Positions 10,282-18,397 of a stretch of DNA of 64,000 bases are shown one piece after another. The notes beneath the pieces are model-generated. The model was not told the DNA's origin and did no database searches. It saw nothing but the letters and a program-made list of their open reading frames with translations. The DNA comes from an uncultured virus (IMG/VR IMGVR_UViG_3300046685_000084). Taxonomy: Duplodnaviria; Heunggongvirae; Uroviricota; Caudoviricetes. A program made the translations under genes and the position numbers. The DNA lies in the IMG/VR virus record IMGVR_UViG_3300046685_000084; one strand, given 5' to 3'. Positions within the stretch are counted from its first letter, which is position 1. Each line of letters opens with the position of its first letter.

Positions 10282-11520
10282 ATGGAAAATTCGAATGTAA
10301 ACGGTACAAACGCCACAAATGGTGATTTGACCAACTTTAGAGAAGCGTTCTCTACTTATCAGAAAAATCAGGTAAAAAACAAACGCAAATCAAAAGAGGA
10401 AATACTTGCAAAGTACTTCGTTCCTCGAAAAATCAAAGAAATATTTAGGATTCTACCTTACAAAACAAAATTCTTCTTTACTGAAGCATTTTTTCATGTA
10501 GTGGATACTAATATCGCTGGTGCTAAAATTAAACACGGTACAGTTATCTACTGTCCTGCCCATAACGATAAAAAAGTACCAAAACTTGACGAAAACGGTA
10601 AACAAGTACTTGACGGTAATGGTAATCCTATGATGATTCCTGCTCATTGTCCGCTTTGTGACAAAGCCAAAAAGATTCTTGCAACACAAGACCCATCTTT
10701 AAAGTATGTCAAGAAAGATGATATGACCGATGCTCAAAAGAAAATTTCCGAAAGCAACAAAAAGATTTTCATTGAAGCCGGAAAGTGGGAAGCTAAGAAA
10801 TTCTACATTGTTAGGGGTGTTGATAAGGGTGTTGAAAAAGACGGAATTAAATTCTGGAGATTCAAACACAATTTTAATAACCAAGGCACACTTGACAAAT
10901 TGTTTCCTGTTCTTGATGACTTTAACAGTCAGAATGGCGTTAGCTTTGCTGATGCTTTGAATGGTACAGACTTAAACATTACGATGGCAGATACAATACT
11001 GAAAGCGACAGGTAAAACATACAAATCGATTTCTGCCATTACTACTCGTGGTAAATCGCCACTTCATGCCGACCCAATTATTGCAAGACAGTGGCTCGAA
11101 GACACAACCACATGGAGAGACGTTTTCTTACCAAAAAAAGCACCCGGTATTACTCCATTGGATTTTCTTGAAATGTGTGCAAATGGTACAAGTCCTTATT
11201 GGGAAGATACTGATGCAAACAACAAACATTGGGTATTTCCTGGTCATCCGGAATTGGAAAAAGCAGCAAATACACGTAAACAGAATCTTGATGCAGATGA
11301 TGAAAACTTTGAATTAGCATCTGACCTTGCTGAGAGTAATGAACCACGTGTTACAATTGCAAACATCACTCCATCAACTGTTGGTACATATAAAGAAGAA
11401 GATGTTGTAAATGATATTACTGCAAAAACTGTTCTTCCTGTTGATGAAGACGAACATGAAGACCTTGCGAGTGATATTGATGAAGAAAATTCATCAGATT
11501 ACTCTGGCTTACCTTTCTAA
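10282..11520 (+). CDS. T4 gp32-like single-stranded DNA-binding protein
   Basis: RILP, FFH...YCP...CPLC Zn ligands, acidic tail ending LPF; next to recombinase. Confidence 0.75.
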   Translation: MENSNVNGTNATNGDLTNFREAFSTYQKNQVKNKRKSKEEILAKYFVPRKIKEIFRILPYKTKFFFTEAFFHVVDTNIAGAKIKHGTVIYCPAHNDKKVPKLDENGKQVLDGNGNPMMIPAHCPLCDKAKKILATQDPSLKYVKKDDMTDAQKKISESNKKIFIEAGKWEAKKFYIVRGVDKGVEKDGIKFWRFKHNFNNQGTLDKLFPVLDDFNSQNGVSFADALNGTDLNITMADTILKATGKTYKSISAITTRGKSPLHADPIIARQWLEDTTTWRDVFLPKKAPGITPLDFLEMCANGTSPYWEDTDANNKHWVFPGHPELEKAANTRKQNLDADDENFELASDLAESNEPRVTIANITPSTVGTYKEEDVVNDITAKTVLPVDEDEHEDLASDIDEENSSDYSGLPF

Positions 11521-11535
11521 AAATTACTTGAAAAG

Positions 11536-11570
11536 AATTAAAGGGGAATATATTTGTTCCCCTTTAATTT
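11536..11570 (+). terminator. Hairpin/terminator whose loop is a TATATTTG promoter element
   Basis: AATTAAAGGGGAA-tatatttg-TTCCCCTTTAATT. Confidence 0.6.
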
Positions 11571-11591
11571 ACTTTAATACAACACATTAAC

Positions 11592-12686
11592 ATGGCAAAA
11601 GATAGTGAAAAGGAAGTTCCTGCAACTCCCGCAAGGAAACCTACGCCAAAGAAAAATTTTTCCCTAAACGATTTTAAGAAAAAAATTGGTGGAGAAGATG
11701 TTCCCGACAAACCCTTAAAATGGATACCTGCATCTAAAGCATTGCAAAAAGCAACCGGACTTCCCGGATTTCCTGTTGGATATGTTTCATTAGCACGTGG
11801 TTTTACCAATACAGGTAAATCAACTGCAATTTCTGAAGGAATTGTTAGTGCACCTAAAATGGGCATACTTCCAATTATTATTGATACCGAGAACAATTTA
11901 GGTCCGGAACGTATGAAAAAAATGGGTTTTGATTGGAATTGTGACCATTTTCTTGTTAACAATGATTTTCTATTGAAGAATTTCGGCAAGAAACAAGACC
12001 CTAAAAGAAGAGAAGCAAGTATTGAAGACATGGCAGAAGCGTTTCATTATTTTCTTGATGAACAAGAAGCTGGCAATCTTCCATATGATTTATTATTTGC
12101 AATTGATTCATTGGGAACATTAGACTGTATCAAGACAATCAATGCACAAGAAAAAAATACCAATGATAATAATATGTGGAATGCCGGGGCATTTGAAAAG
12201 GCATTCAAATATCTTTTAAACAACACAATACCGAGCAGTAGAAAAGAAAACAGACAATATACAAATACTGTTATTGGTGTTCAGAAAATTTGGCTTGACA
12301 ATATGGGTCAAGGTGTTGTTAAGCACAAGGGCGGTGAAACATTTTTCTATGGTTCACGTCTTATTTATCACTTTGGGGGTATTGCTGCACATTCAACAAA
12401 AATTATTTCAGCAACAAGCAAAACAAGAAATGTTGCTTATGGTATTCAGACAAAAGTAAATGTAGCAAAAAATCAGATTGACGGTCCTCTCGGTGGAATT
12501 TCTTTTGAAGGTGAAATAATTTCAACACCCCACGGATTTATATTACCAGAAGGTATTGAAGATTATAAGAAAGATAATTTGTTGTTTTTTCGTAATGCAC
12601 TTGGCAGTACTGATATTGAGGCAAGTGACATTGTAGATACCTACAAAGAAGTAAGCGAAGACGAAAGTTTCACATTAGAGGGATGA
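11592..12686 (+). CDS. uvsX: RecA/UvsX-like recombinase
   Basis: Walker A GFTNTGKST, IIDTEN, AIDSLG, KGGE, KNQI. Confidence 0.85.
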   Translation: MAKDSEKEVPATPARKPTPKKNFSLNDFKKKIGGEDVPDKPLKWIPASKALQKATGLPGFPVGYVSLARGFTNTGKSTAISEGIVSAPKMGILPIIIDTENNLGPERMKKMGFDWNCDHFLVNNDFLLKNFGKKQDPKRREASIEDMAEAFHYFLDEQEAGNLPYDLLFAIDSLGTLDCIKTINAQEKNTNDNNMWNAGAFEKAFKYLLNNTIPSSRKENRQYTNTVIGVQKIWLDNMGQGVVKHKGGETFFYGSRLIYHFGGIAAHSTKIISATSKTRNVAYGIQTKVNVAKNQIDGPLGGISFEGEIISTPHGFILPEGIEDYKKDNLLFFRNALGSTDIEASDIVDTYKEVSEDESFTLEG

Positions 12687-13735
12687 GAATAAGAACTTTG
12701 TTAGTGGATTCTTCCTATCTGTTGAAAAGGTCGTTTAACGGAGCAAAGGATGTACATACCAATAAGTTTGGACACATTGGTGGATTATATTCTTTTCTCA
12801 CAACTGTACGCAAATTAATCAAGCAACACAAAATCAATAAAGTCGTTTTAGTCTGGGATGGTCAAAATGGCGGTGTCTATCGACATCACATTGATGCTGC
12901 GTACAAAGCCAATCGTAAAAATAAATCGTGGCACAAAAAAATTGAATTGACTGATGCGGAAATCCGCAAAGAAGCAGAAAAAGAAGAATCCATTTTAAAA
13001 CAACGACAGAGAATTAAAGCATACGCAGAAGATTTATTTTTGCGACAGATTGAAATAGATGATATTGAAGCAGACGATTTAATTGCATCTTATTGCGTGC
13101 AATATGAAAGTAAGGAAGAAATATATCTTTATACTAATGACCGAGACTTTGCGCAATTATTGGATTTGAATATCACAATATTGTTTGCAAATATCGATAT
13201 GCCAATAACAAAAGCAAACTATTCTTTGCAATTTGGTCACCATTATACAAATGCACTTATAATGAAAGTCATTACGGGTGACGTTGCAGATAATATTGCA
13301 GGCATTAAGGGTATTGGAGAAGATATGTTATTAAAACATTTTCCTGACATGCGATATAAAAAATATACTGTAAGAGAAATTTGTAAGGAAGCCGATAAGA
13401 TGAATAAAGAAAGGGTATTAAGTGGTCAAAAACCCTTAAAGATATTTGAAAATCTTTTGGGAAATATCGATAGGTTAATAATGAATTATAAATTAGTCAA
13501 TTTACGTGAACCTTTTCTAAACACTGAAGCAAGAGAAGAACTGGAACAGCTTAAAATGCCATTAAATCCTACTGACAGAGGAAGTAAGAACCTCATTAAA
13601 ATGATGAATGAAGACGAATTTCTTACAATATATACAGGCACATTTCCGAATTACGTTGAACCATTTTATGTGGTTATAGAGCATGAGAAAGAATTACTTA
13701 AGGAATACAATAAAAATATTAAGCCTAATTCCTGA
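12683..13735 (+). CDS. 5'-3' exonuclease / T4 RNase H-like flap endonuclease
   Basis: LLVDSS, VWDG, YKANR, EADDLIA, TNDRDFAQL, GDVADNIAGIKGIG. Confidence 0.9.
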   Translation: MRIRTLLVDSSYLLKRSFNGAKDVHTNKFGHIGGLYSFLTTVRKLIKQHKINKVVLVWDGQNGGVYRHHIDAAYKANRKNKSWHKKIELTDAEIRKEAEKEESILKQRQRIKAYAEDLFLRQIEIDDIEADDLIASYCVQYESKEEIYLYTNDRDFAQLLDLNITILFANIDMPITKANYSLQFGHHYTNALIMKVITGDVADNIAGIKGIGEDMLLKHFPDMRYKKYTVREICKEADKMNKERVLSGQKPLKIFENLLGNIDRLIMNYKLVNLREPFLNTEAREELEQLKMPLNPTDRGSKNLIKMMNEDEFLTIYTGTFPNYVEPFYVVIEHEKELLKEYNKNIKPNS

Positions 13736-13806
13736 AAAAGTCTTTCATCTTTGCTTATTTCAATCTATATTTGTAGTTAGTATTAACAATTTAAAAAATA
13801 AACTCC

Positions 13807-14418
13807 ATGAACGAAAAAAGCTATAATAATACATTCAGATTTGTCTTAATGCAAGGCAACGTATTATTGTGTGAAAAAGTTTTTGATGCAGACAAGTTCA
13901 ACCCATTTACAAGGTATTCCATAGACATAAGGGATATCTTACCTCGTGCAATTACCAAATTGCAAAAAACTCTTTCAAAGAAAAAATATGATATAATTTA
14001 TGATTGTGGCAATAATGCTTATTATGATTTATATCATTATACCCAGGATTTGATTGATTCATATCCTCAAAAATACAGAAACGAAATGAAATATGCTCCA
14101 CAAGCAATTGTTCAGCAAATCGAAGAAAAAACAATCAGGGGTGTAGAATGTAAAATAGGTCTCTATATTAATGAAAATCCTATCGTAGAACGTTTGTTTT
14201 ATGTTGATGGGTTCAATCCTGTTGCAAGATGGTCGCTTGATGTAGTTGAAGCAGTAGTCGAAATCACAAATACTATTGCCGCAAAAATTATGATTAGTGA
14301 CGAAAAAAATATGTGGGATGATTATGATTTAATCAATGTTAGGGGAATGTCGATTAATCAAATCAGAGAACTTTCTCTGGGAAAAAGAGAAGAATTGCTC
14401 AGAAAAATGAGAAGGTAG
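13807..14418 (+). CDS. Hypothetical protein
   Basis: 203-aa ORF preceded by TATATTTG at about 13766. Confidence 0.6.
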   Translation: MNEKSYNNTFRFVLMQGNVLLCEKVFDADKFNPFTRYSIDIRDILPRAITKLQKTLSKKKYDIIYDCGNNAYYDLYHYTQDLIDSYPQKYRNEMKYAPQAIVQQIEEKTIRGVECKIGLYINENPIVERLFYVDGFNPVARWSLDVVEAVVEITNTIAAKIMISDEKNMWDDYDLINVRGMSINQIRELSLGKREELLRKMRR

Positions 14419-14544
14419 TGGAGTACTAATAATACTGGCAGTTGTCGGTTGTTTTCATTGTAGGGTGTTAATTATGTTTTTTTGTGGTTTTTATTTCTTT
14501 TATATTACCCGACAACTGCCTTTTTTTCCTAAACACATATTTTA

Positions 14545-16554
14545 ATGAGCGAAAATACAGAACATACTTTAACAGCATATAAAGGTCCGGAATTTCAACA
14601 AAAATTGATGTGGCAATTGCTGGTGGAACCAGAATATGCCGAAAAAACAATTCCAATTTTAGCGGTAGAGTACTTTGATGACCCGAATTTCAAGAAATTA
14701 TTTCTCATCATCTTGGAATACATGAAACTTTATGGTAAAGTACCAAATCTGCAGAATCAGAGTATCAAACAAGCAATAAACGAATTTAAAACTCCCAATA
14801 ATGTTATTGAGGAAGAATCTCTTTTTGCCGTAGTTGAAAGAATTAGACTGTGGAACGAAAGAATTCTTAATGAGTCATTAATGCATGATGGCGAAGTAGT
14901 TCAAGAATCGACTACAATGTTTATCAAGCAACAGGAATACCGTAAATTTGCAGAAGAAATTCTTATAAAAGTTAAAAACGGTCAAATAAAAGACAAATAT
15001 GCTGTTGCCGAGATTGAAGAAAGACTTCGTAAAATTTCGTTAATTGGTAATAAGGAAGATAATGGTATTGACGTTACTGAAAGTCTTGAAAAAGCACTGA
15101 GAAAAGAGTTCCGTAAAACAATACCTACGGGTGTTAAAACAATTGATAGTCTTACTGGTGGTGGATTGGGTAAGGGTGAAATTGGATTAATTCTTACTCC
15201 GACAGGTGTTGGTAAGACAACTCTACTTACCAAAATTGCAAATACTGCTCGTGAAAATAATTATAATGTACTGCAGATTATATTTGAGGACACAATTGAA
15301 CAAATTCAGAGAAAGCATGTTACAATTTGGACAGGAATTGCTTTGAGTGAACTTGATGAAAGAAATGATGAAGCATTAGAAAAATCACGTAAACACATTA
15401 ATACAATGGGACCTGGAAAACTAACAATAAAGAAGTTTAGTCAGGAAGATACCACTATGCGGGATGTTAAAGACTTTATTATTAGAGAACAAAAAAGAAC
15501 GGGTGTTAAATATGATATAGTTGTACTTGATTATCTCGATTGTCTTGAGTCTCATAAAAGAGCACCAGACCGTAATGAAGCCGAACTCGTAATTATTAAA
15601 TCATTTGAAGCTATGGCAAGTGATTTAGATATTCCATGTTGGTCTGCAATTCAAAGTAACCGTTCTGGTATTGGTGCTGAACTTGTAGAAGCACAACAAA
15701 CTGGTGGTAATATTAAAAGAGTACAGAAAGCACATTTCTTTATGTCAGTTGCTAAAACTCCCGACCAACAGGAAGCAAGTCTTGCAAGCATTAGAATTAT
15801 CAAAGCAAGAATGGTTAAAGATGGTCAGACATTTAAAGATTGTATATTCAATAATGATACAATGCAAATCATTATTAATGACCCAAGATATGTTGGTACT
15901 GCTAATGATGCTAAAAAGAAACTTGCTTATGATGTAATTGCTGAAAATATTGAAAAACATGCAGGGGGTAGTGGATTGATAAATGTGGCTTTAAGTGCAG
16001 CATTGCCCGATACTTCCGAAGACCCATTAGAAAAAGATATGCGTGATAGATATATGAAAGACAATAATATTGTAGAACCACAAACTGAAGAAAAAAAGAC
16101 TGTAACAGAAGAAATTGTAGATTTTGGGGGTGTAATATATAATGAAGAAAAAGAACAGCCGATATATACTGTAAAAGAAAAAAATGACTTAATTGAAATT
16201 ATTGAAGATGTACCTATTGAAGACGTACCTATTGGAAATATTGATGGTGTAAATGAGGGAATAAGTGAGGGTGTAAATGAGGGTGTAAATGAACCAATAC
16301 TGGAATTGACAGGTGATGTCGAAATTGCAAAAACGACTGAAATTGACGTAAAACTGGAAGAAACTAAACCGAAAATAGAGCCTCAAATTGCGGAAGAATC
16401 GAAAAAATTTACTGTAATTAAGAAAAAAATTGACTTAGATGAACTGGAAAAAAGAATGCTAATTAACCCTGATGATGTGAGTCCTGCACAAAAAAATATG
16501 CACGATTATCTCGTCAAACTACGTGTAAATGATGAAGTTGTGAAAAAAGAGTGA
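14545..16554 (+). CDS. dnaB: DnaB/gp41-like replicative helicase with long acidic C-terminal tail
   Basis: PTGV..ID..TGGGL, PTGVGKTT, VVLDYLD, AIQSNR, IIKAR. Confidence 0.85.
   Translation: MSENTEHTLTAYKGPEFQQKLMWQLLVEPEYAEKTIPILAVEYFDDPNFKKLFLIILEYMKLYGKVPNLQNQSIKQAINEFKTPNNVIEEESLFAVVERIRLWNERILNESLMHDGEVVQESTTMFIKQQEYRKFAEEILIKVKNGQIKDKYAVAEIEERLRKISLIGNKEDNGIDVTESLEKALRKEFRKTIPTGVKTIDSLTGGGLGKGEIGLILTPTGVGKTTLLTKIANTARENNYNVLQIIFEDTIEQIQRKHVTIWTGIALSELDERNDEALEKSRKHINTMGPGKLTIKKFSQEDTTMRDVKDFIIREQKRTGVKYDIVVLDYLDCLESHKRAPDRNEAELVIIKSFEAMASDLDIPCWSAIQSNRSGIGAELVEAQQTGGNIKRVQKAHFFMSVAKTPDQQEASLASIRIIKARMVKDGQTFKDCIFNNDTMQIIINDPRYVGTANDAKKKLAYDVIAENIEKHAGGSGLINVALSAALPDTSEDPLEKDMRDRYMKDNNIVEPQTEEKKTVTEEIVDFGGVIYNEEKEQPIYTVKEKNDLIEIIEDVPIEDVPIGNIDGVNEGISEGVNEGVNEPILELTGDVEIAKTTEIDVKLEETKPKIEPQIAEESKKFTVIKKKIDLDELEKRMLINPDDVSPAQKNMHDYLVKLRVNDEVVKKE
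16246..16293 (+). repeat. Four 12-bp in-frame tandem repeats (GVNE/GISE)
   Basis: ggtgtaaatgag ggaataagtgag ggtgtaaatgag ggtgtaaatgaa. Confidence 0.8.
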
Positions 16555-16650
16555 AAATTTTTTATAAATTTTAATACTTTTTTCTGCACAACACGTATTT
16601 ATATTCCCAGACGATTATAAAAATTTTTTTTTATTTTTTTTGAAAAACAC

Positions 16651-16681
16651 TTGCACAAGAAAAAAATGTGTATTATGTTTG
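16651..16681 (+). promoter_or_regulatory. Bacteroidota-type promoter for the ncRNA array
   Basis: TTG at 16651 and TATGTTTG (TAnnTTTG) at 16674-16681, about 45 nt before RNA A. Confidence 0.6.
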
Positions 16682-16727
16682 CATCGTCTTAGGACAAATG
16701 TTCTTTTAAACTTTGAAAATGATATAT

Positions 16728-16862
16728 GGGGAAGTATGCGAATAAAAATTCAAAAATACTATCGTAATACTCCTATGGAGAACTGGTTGTGTTTACAGAA
16801 AAGGTACAGCAGATTGTCTATGAAACAGTTGATTGTGGGTTCATATCCCGCCTTCCCCACCA
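16728..16862 (+). ncRNA. tRNA-like RNA A (anticodon ATG, encoded CCA) with the conserved bulged helix inserted in the D-loop
   Basis: Acceptor GGGGAAG/CTTCCCC-A-CCA; T arm GTGGG-TTCATAT-CCCGC; anticodon arm ATTGT-CTATGAA-ACAGT; insert AAATACTATC..CTCC-tat-GGAG-AACT-GGTTGTGTTT-ACAG. Confidence 0.8.
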
Positions 16863-16866
16863 TATA

Positions 16867-16989
16867 AAAAGGAAACTGTGTGTTATTACAGAAAATTAGC
16901 TCAGTGTAGAGCGTCCGCTTTTCAGGCAGAAGGTCGTGGAGTCAAATCCATATTTTTAACAAAAACAATAACAAACGAATTATCCTTTT
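16867..16989 (+). ncRNA. Y-RNA-like RNA B: degenerate tRNA (anticodon TTC) enclosed by the conserved helix
   Basis: AAAAGGA-AACT-GTGTGTTATT-ACAG pairs with AATAACAAAC-GAATTA-TCCTTTT; inside are TAGCTCAGTGTAGAGC D arm, TCCGC-TTTTCAG-GCAGA arm and a degenerate T arm. Confidence 0.75.
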
Positions 16990-17061
16990 AATTTTATAAA
17001 ATGTTCTTTGAAAACTATGGTTCGATTTAAAAGTCCGCAGTATTTATAATAAATATGTATT

Positions 17062-17817
17062 ATGAATAATTGTTTGAATTGTGGAAAATTGGTAAAAAAT
17101 AAATTTTGTAATGTTTCTTGTCAAAATGAGTTTCAAAATACTCAAAAAAATGATAAAAAATATGGTAAGTTTGTTGATTATTCGGTTAAATGTATTTCAT
17201 GTACTAAAATTTTTATTGTAAATGAACGTGAAAAACTACACCCACAAAAGAAAATATATTATTGTTCACGAGGCTGTGCTAATAAGAGAGTACTTTCACA
17301 AGGAACAAAAGATAAACTTTCATTAAAAAATAAAAAGGTTAAATTTATTAATTGTGAATATTGTGGAAATAGTTTTGAGCAGAAGAAAGTAAACCAAAGA
17401 TTTTGTGGACATTCATGTGCCACAAAATTCCGAATGCCACTGAAAGGGTATGAAAGAATTGGTGGTTTATGTTCGGTAAAATCACAAAATAAAAGAAGTA
17501 AAAACGAAATATATTTTGCTAAATTATGTTGTGAGAAATTTAAGTTGGTTCTTTGTAATGAGCAAATTTTTAATGGATGGGATGCAGATGTAATTATTGA
17601 AGATTATAAAATTGCAGTATTATGGAATGGTGCTTGGCATTATAAGAAAATATCGAAAAATCATTCATTATTACAAACAGAGAATAGAGATAAATTAAAA
17701 ATTAAAGAAATTATTGGTTGTGGGTATGAACCATACGTTATAAAAGATTTAGGAAAATTTGATAAATCCTTTGTAAGAAAGGAATTTGAAAATTTTGAGA
17801 CGCATATAGCGGGGTAG
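17062..17817 (+). CDS. Putative homing endonuclease: Cys-rich Zn repeats plus PD-(D/E)xK/Vsr-like nuclease
   Basis: Three CxxC...(F/Y)CxxxC repeats; SKNE...DADV...IAVLWNGAWHY...RD..K. Confidence 0.7.
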   Translation: MNNCLNCGKLVKNKFCNVSCQNEFQNTQKNDKKYGKFVDYSVKCISCTKIFIVNEREKLHPQKKIYYCSRGCANKRVLSQGTKDKLSLKNKKVKFINCEYCGNSFEQKKVNQRFCGHSCATKFRMPLKGYERIGGLCSVKSQNKRSKNEIYFAKLCCEKFKLVLCNEQIFNGWDADVIIEDYKIAVLWNGAWHYKKISKNHSLLQTENRDKLKIKEIIGCGYEPYVIKDLGKFDKSFVRKEFENFETHIAG

Positions 17818-17880
17818 AGAAGCGGCATCTCACGAGCCTCATAAGCTCGGAATCACAGGTTCGAGTCCTGTCCAACGCTA
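17808..17880 (+). tRNA. tRNA with CAT anticodon (Met/Ile2) and an imperfect acceptor stem
   Basis: D arm GAGA/TCTC; CGAGC-CTCATAA-GCTCG; ACAGG-TTCGAGT-CCTGT; acceptor AGCGGGG/CCAACGCT has a mismatch and bulge; no encoded CCA. Confidence 0.75.
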
Positions 17881-17957
17881 CAAATGAAATTTAAAGGTAA
17901 CGGCATACACTCCGTTGAAAGTAAGTCAGAAGAAGACTGCGCCAGTAGATTTCGAAT

Positions 17958-18032
17958 GAAGAACTGGTGGTTTTTACAGTAAATTTGACGGTAAATCAGA
18001 CTCTTACGAAAACAAAACCAACGAATTTCTTC
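17958..18032 (+). ncRNA. Y-RNA-like RNA C: conserved helix carrying an anticodon-like hairpin (GTA)
   Basis: GAAGAA-CT-GGTGGTTTT-TACAG pairs with AAAACCAAC-GAAT-TTCTTC; inner TTTGA-CGGTAAA-TCAGA. Confidence 0.7.
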
Positions 18033-18062
18033 TAAATTTATTAAGCGTTCTTTAAAATATAT

Positions 18063-18205
18063 GGGGAGATAGCAAAACAAAAAAGTACAAAAAATACTAT
18101 CTCACTGCTCTTTTAACAAAGAGAACTCGTAGTGTTTACAGTAAAAATGGCAAATGCAATTGACGTTCATTCAATGTTCTGCAGGTTCGAGTCCTGCTCT
18201 CCCCA
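18063..18205 (+). ncRNA. tRNA-like RNA D (anticodon TTC) with the conserved helix inserted in the D-loop
   Basis: Acceptor GGGGAGA/TCTCCCC-A; GCAGG-TTCGAGT-CCTGC; ATTGA-CGTTCAT-TCAAT; insert AAATACTAT..CTCTTT-taac-AAAGAG-AACTC-GTAGTGTTT-ACAG. Confidence 0.8.
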
Positions 18206-18259
18206 CAAGTAATTCCCGGTTGTCCCTGTGGCAACACAAACTTCCGGGTAATGATATAA

Positions 18260-18397
18260 GGGAAAACGAAAAGTGTTTACAGTAATTTCGGTGGTTCGAA
18301 TCCATCATTGTCCCAGTGGGATGATTAGACAAGCGGTTAAGTCAAAACTCTATGAAAGTTTGAAAACAAATACAAAAAATACTTTTAAAATATTCCC
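18260..18397 (+). ncRNA. YrlA-like RNA E: circularly permuted tRNA (anticodon ATG) closed by the conserved helix
   Basis: In order: GGGAA-AACG-AAAAGTGTTT-ACAG; T arm GGTGG-TTCGAAT-CCATC; closed acceptor ATTGTCCC-agt-GGGATGAT; D arm GAC-AAGCGGTTAA-GTC; AAACT-CTATGAA-AGTTT; AAATACTTTT-AAAATA-TTCCC. Confidence 0.85.

Noticed and set aside
16741..16800. D-loop inserts as classical tRNA introns
   Set aside because: Too short for group I/II, no bulge-helix-bulge, and the same helix occurs as terminal stems in other copies
16640..16867. 75-aa + strand ORF, and ORFs 17853..18080 (-) and 18536..18751 (+)
   Set aside because: They overlap structured RNAs, promoter or hairpins and have no protein-like features
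17018..17040. GGTTCGATT as a tRNA T-loop remnant
   Set aside because: No paired T stem or other arms around it
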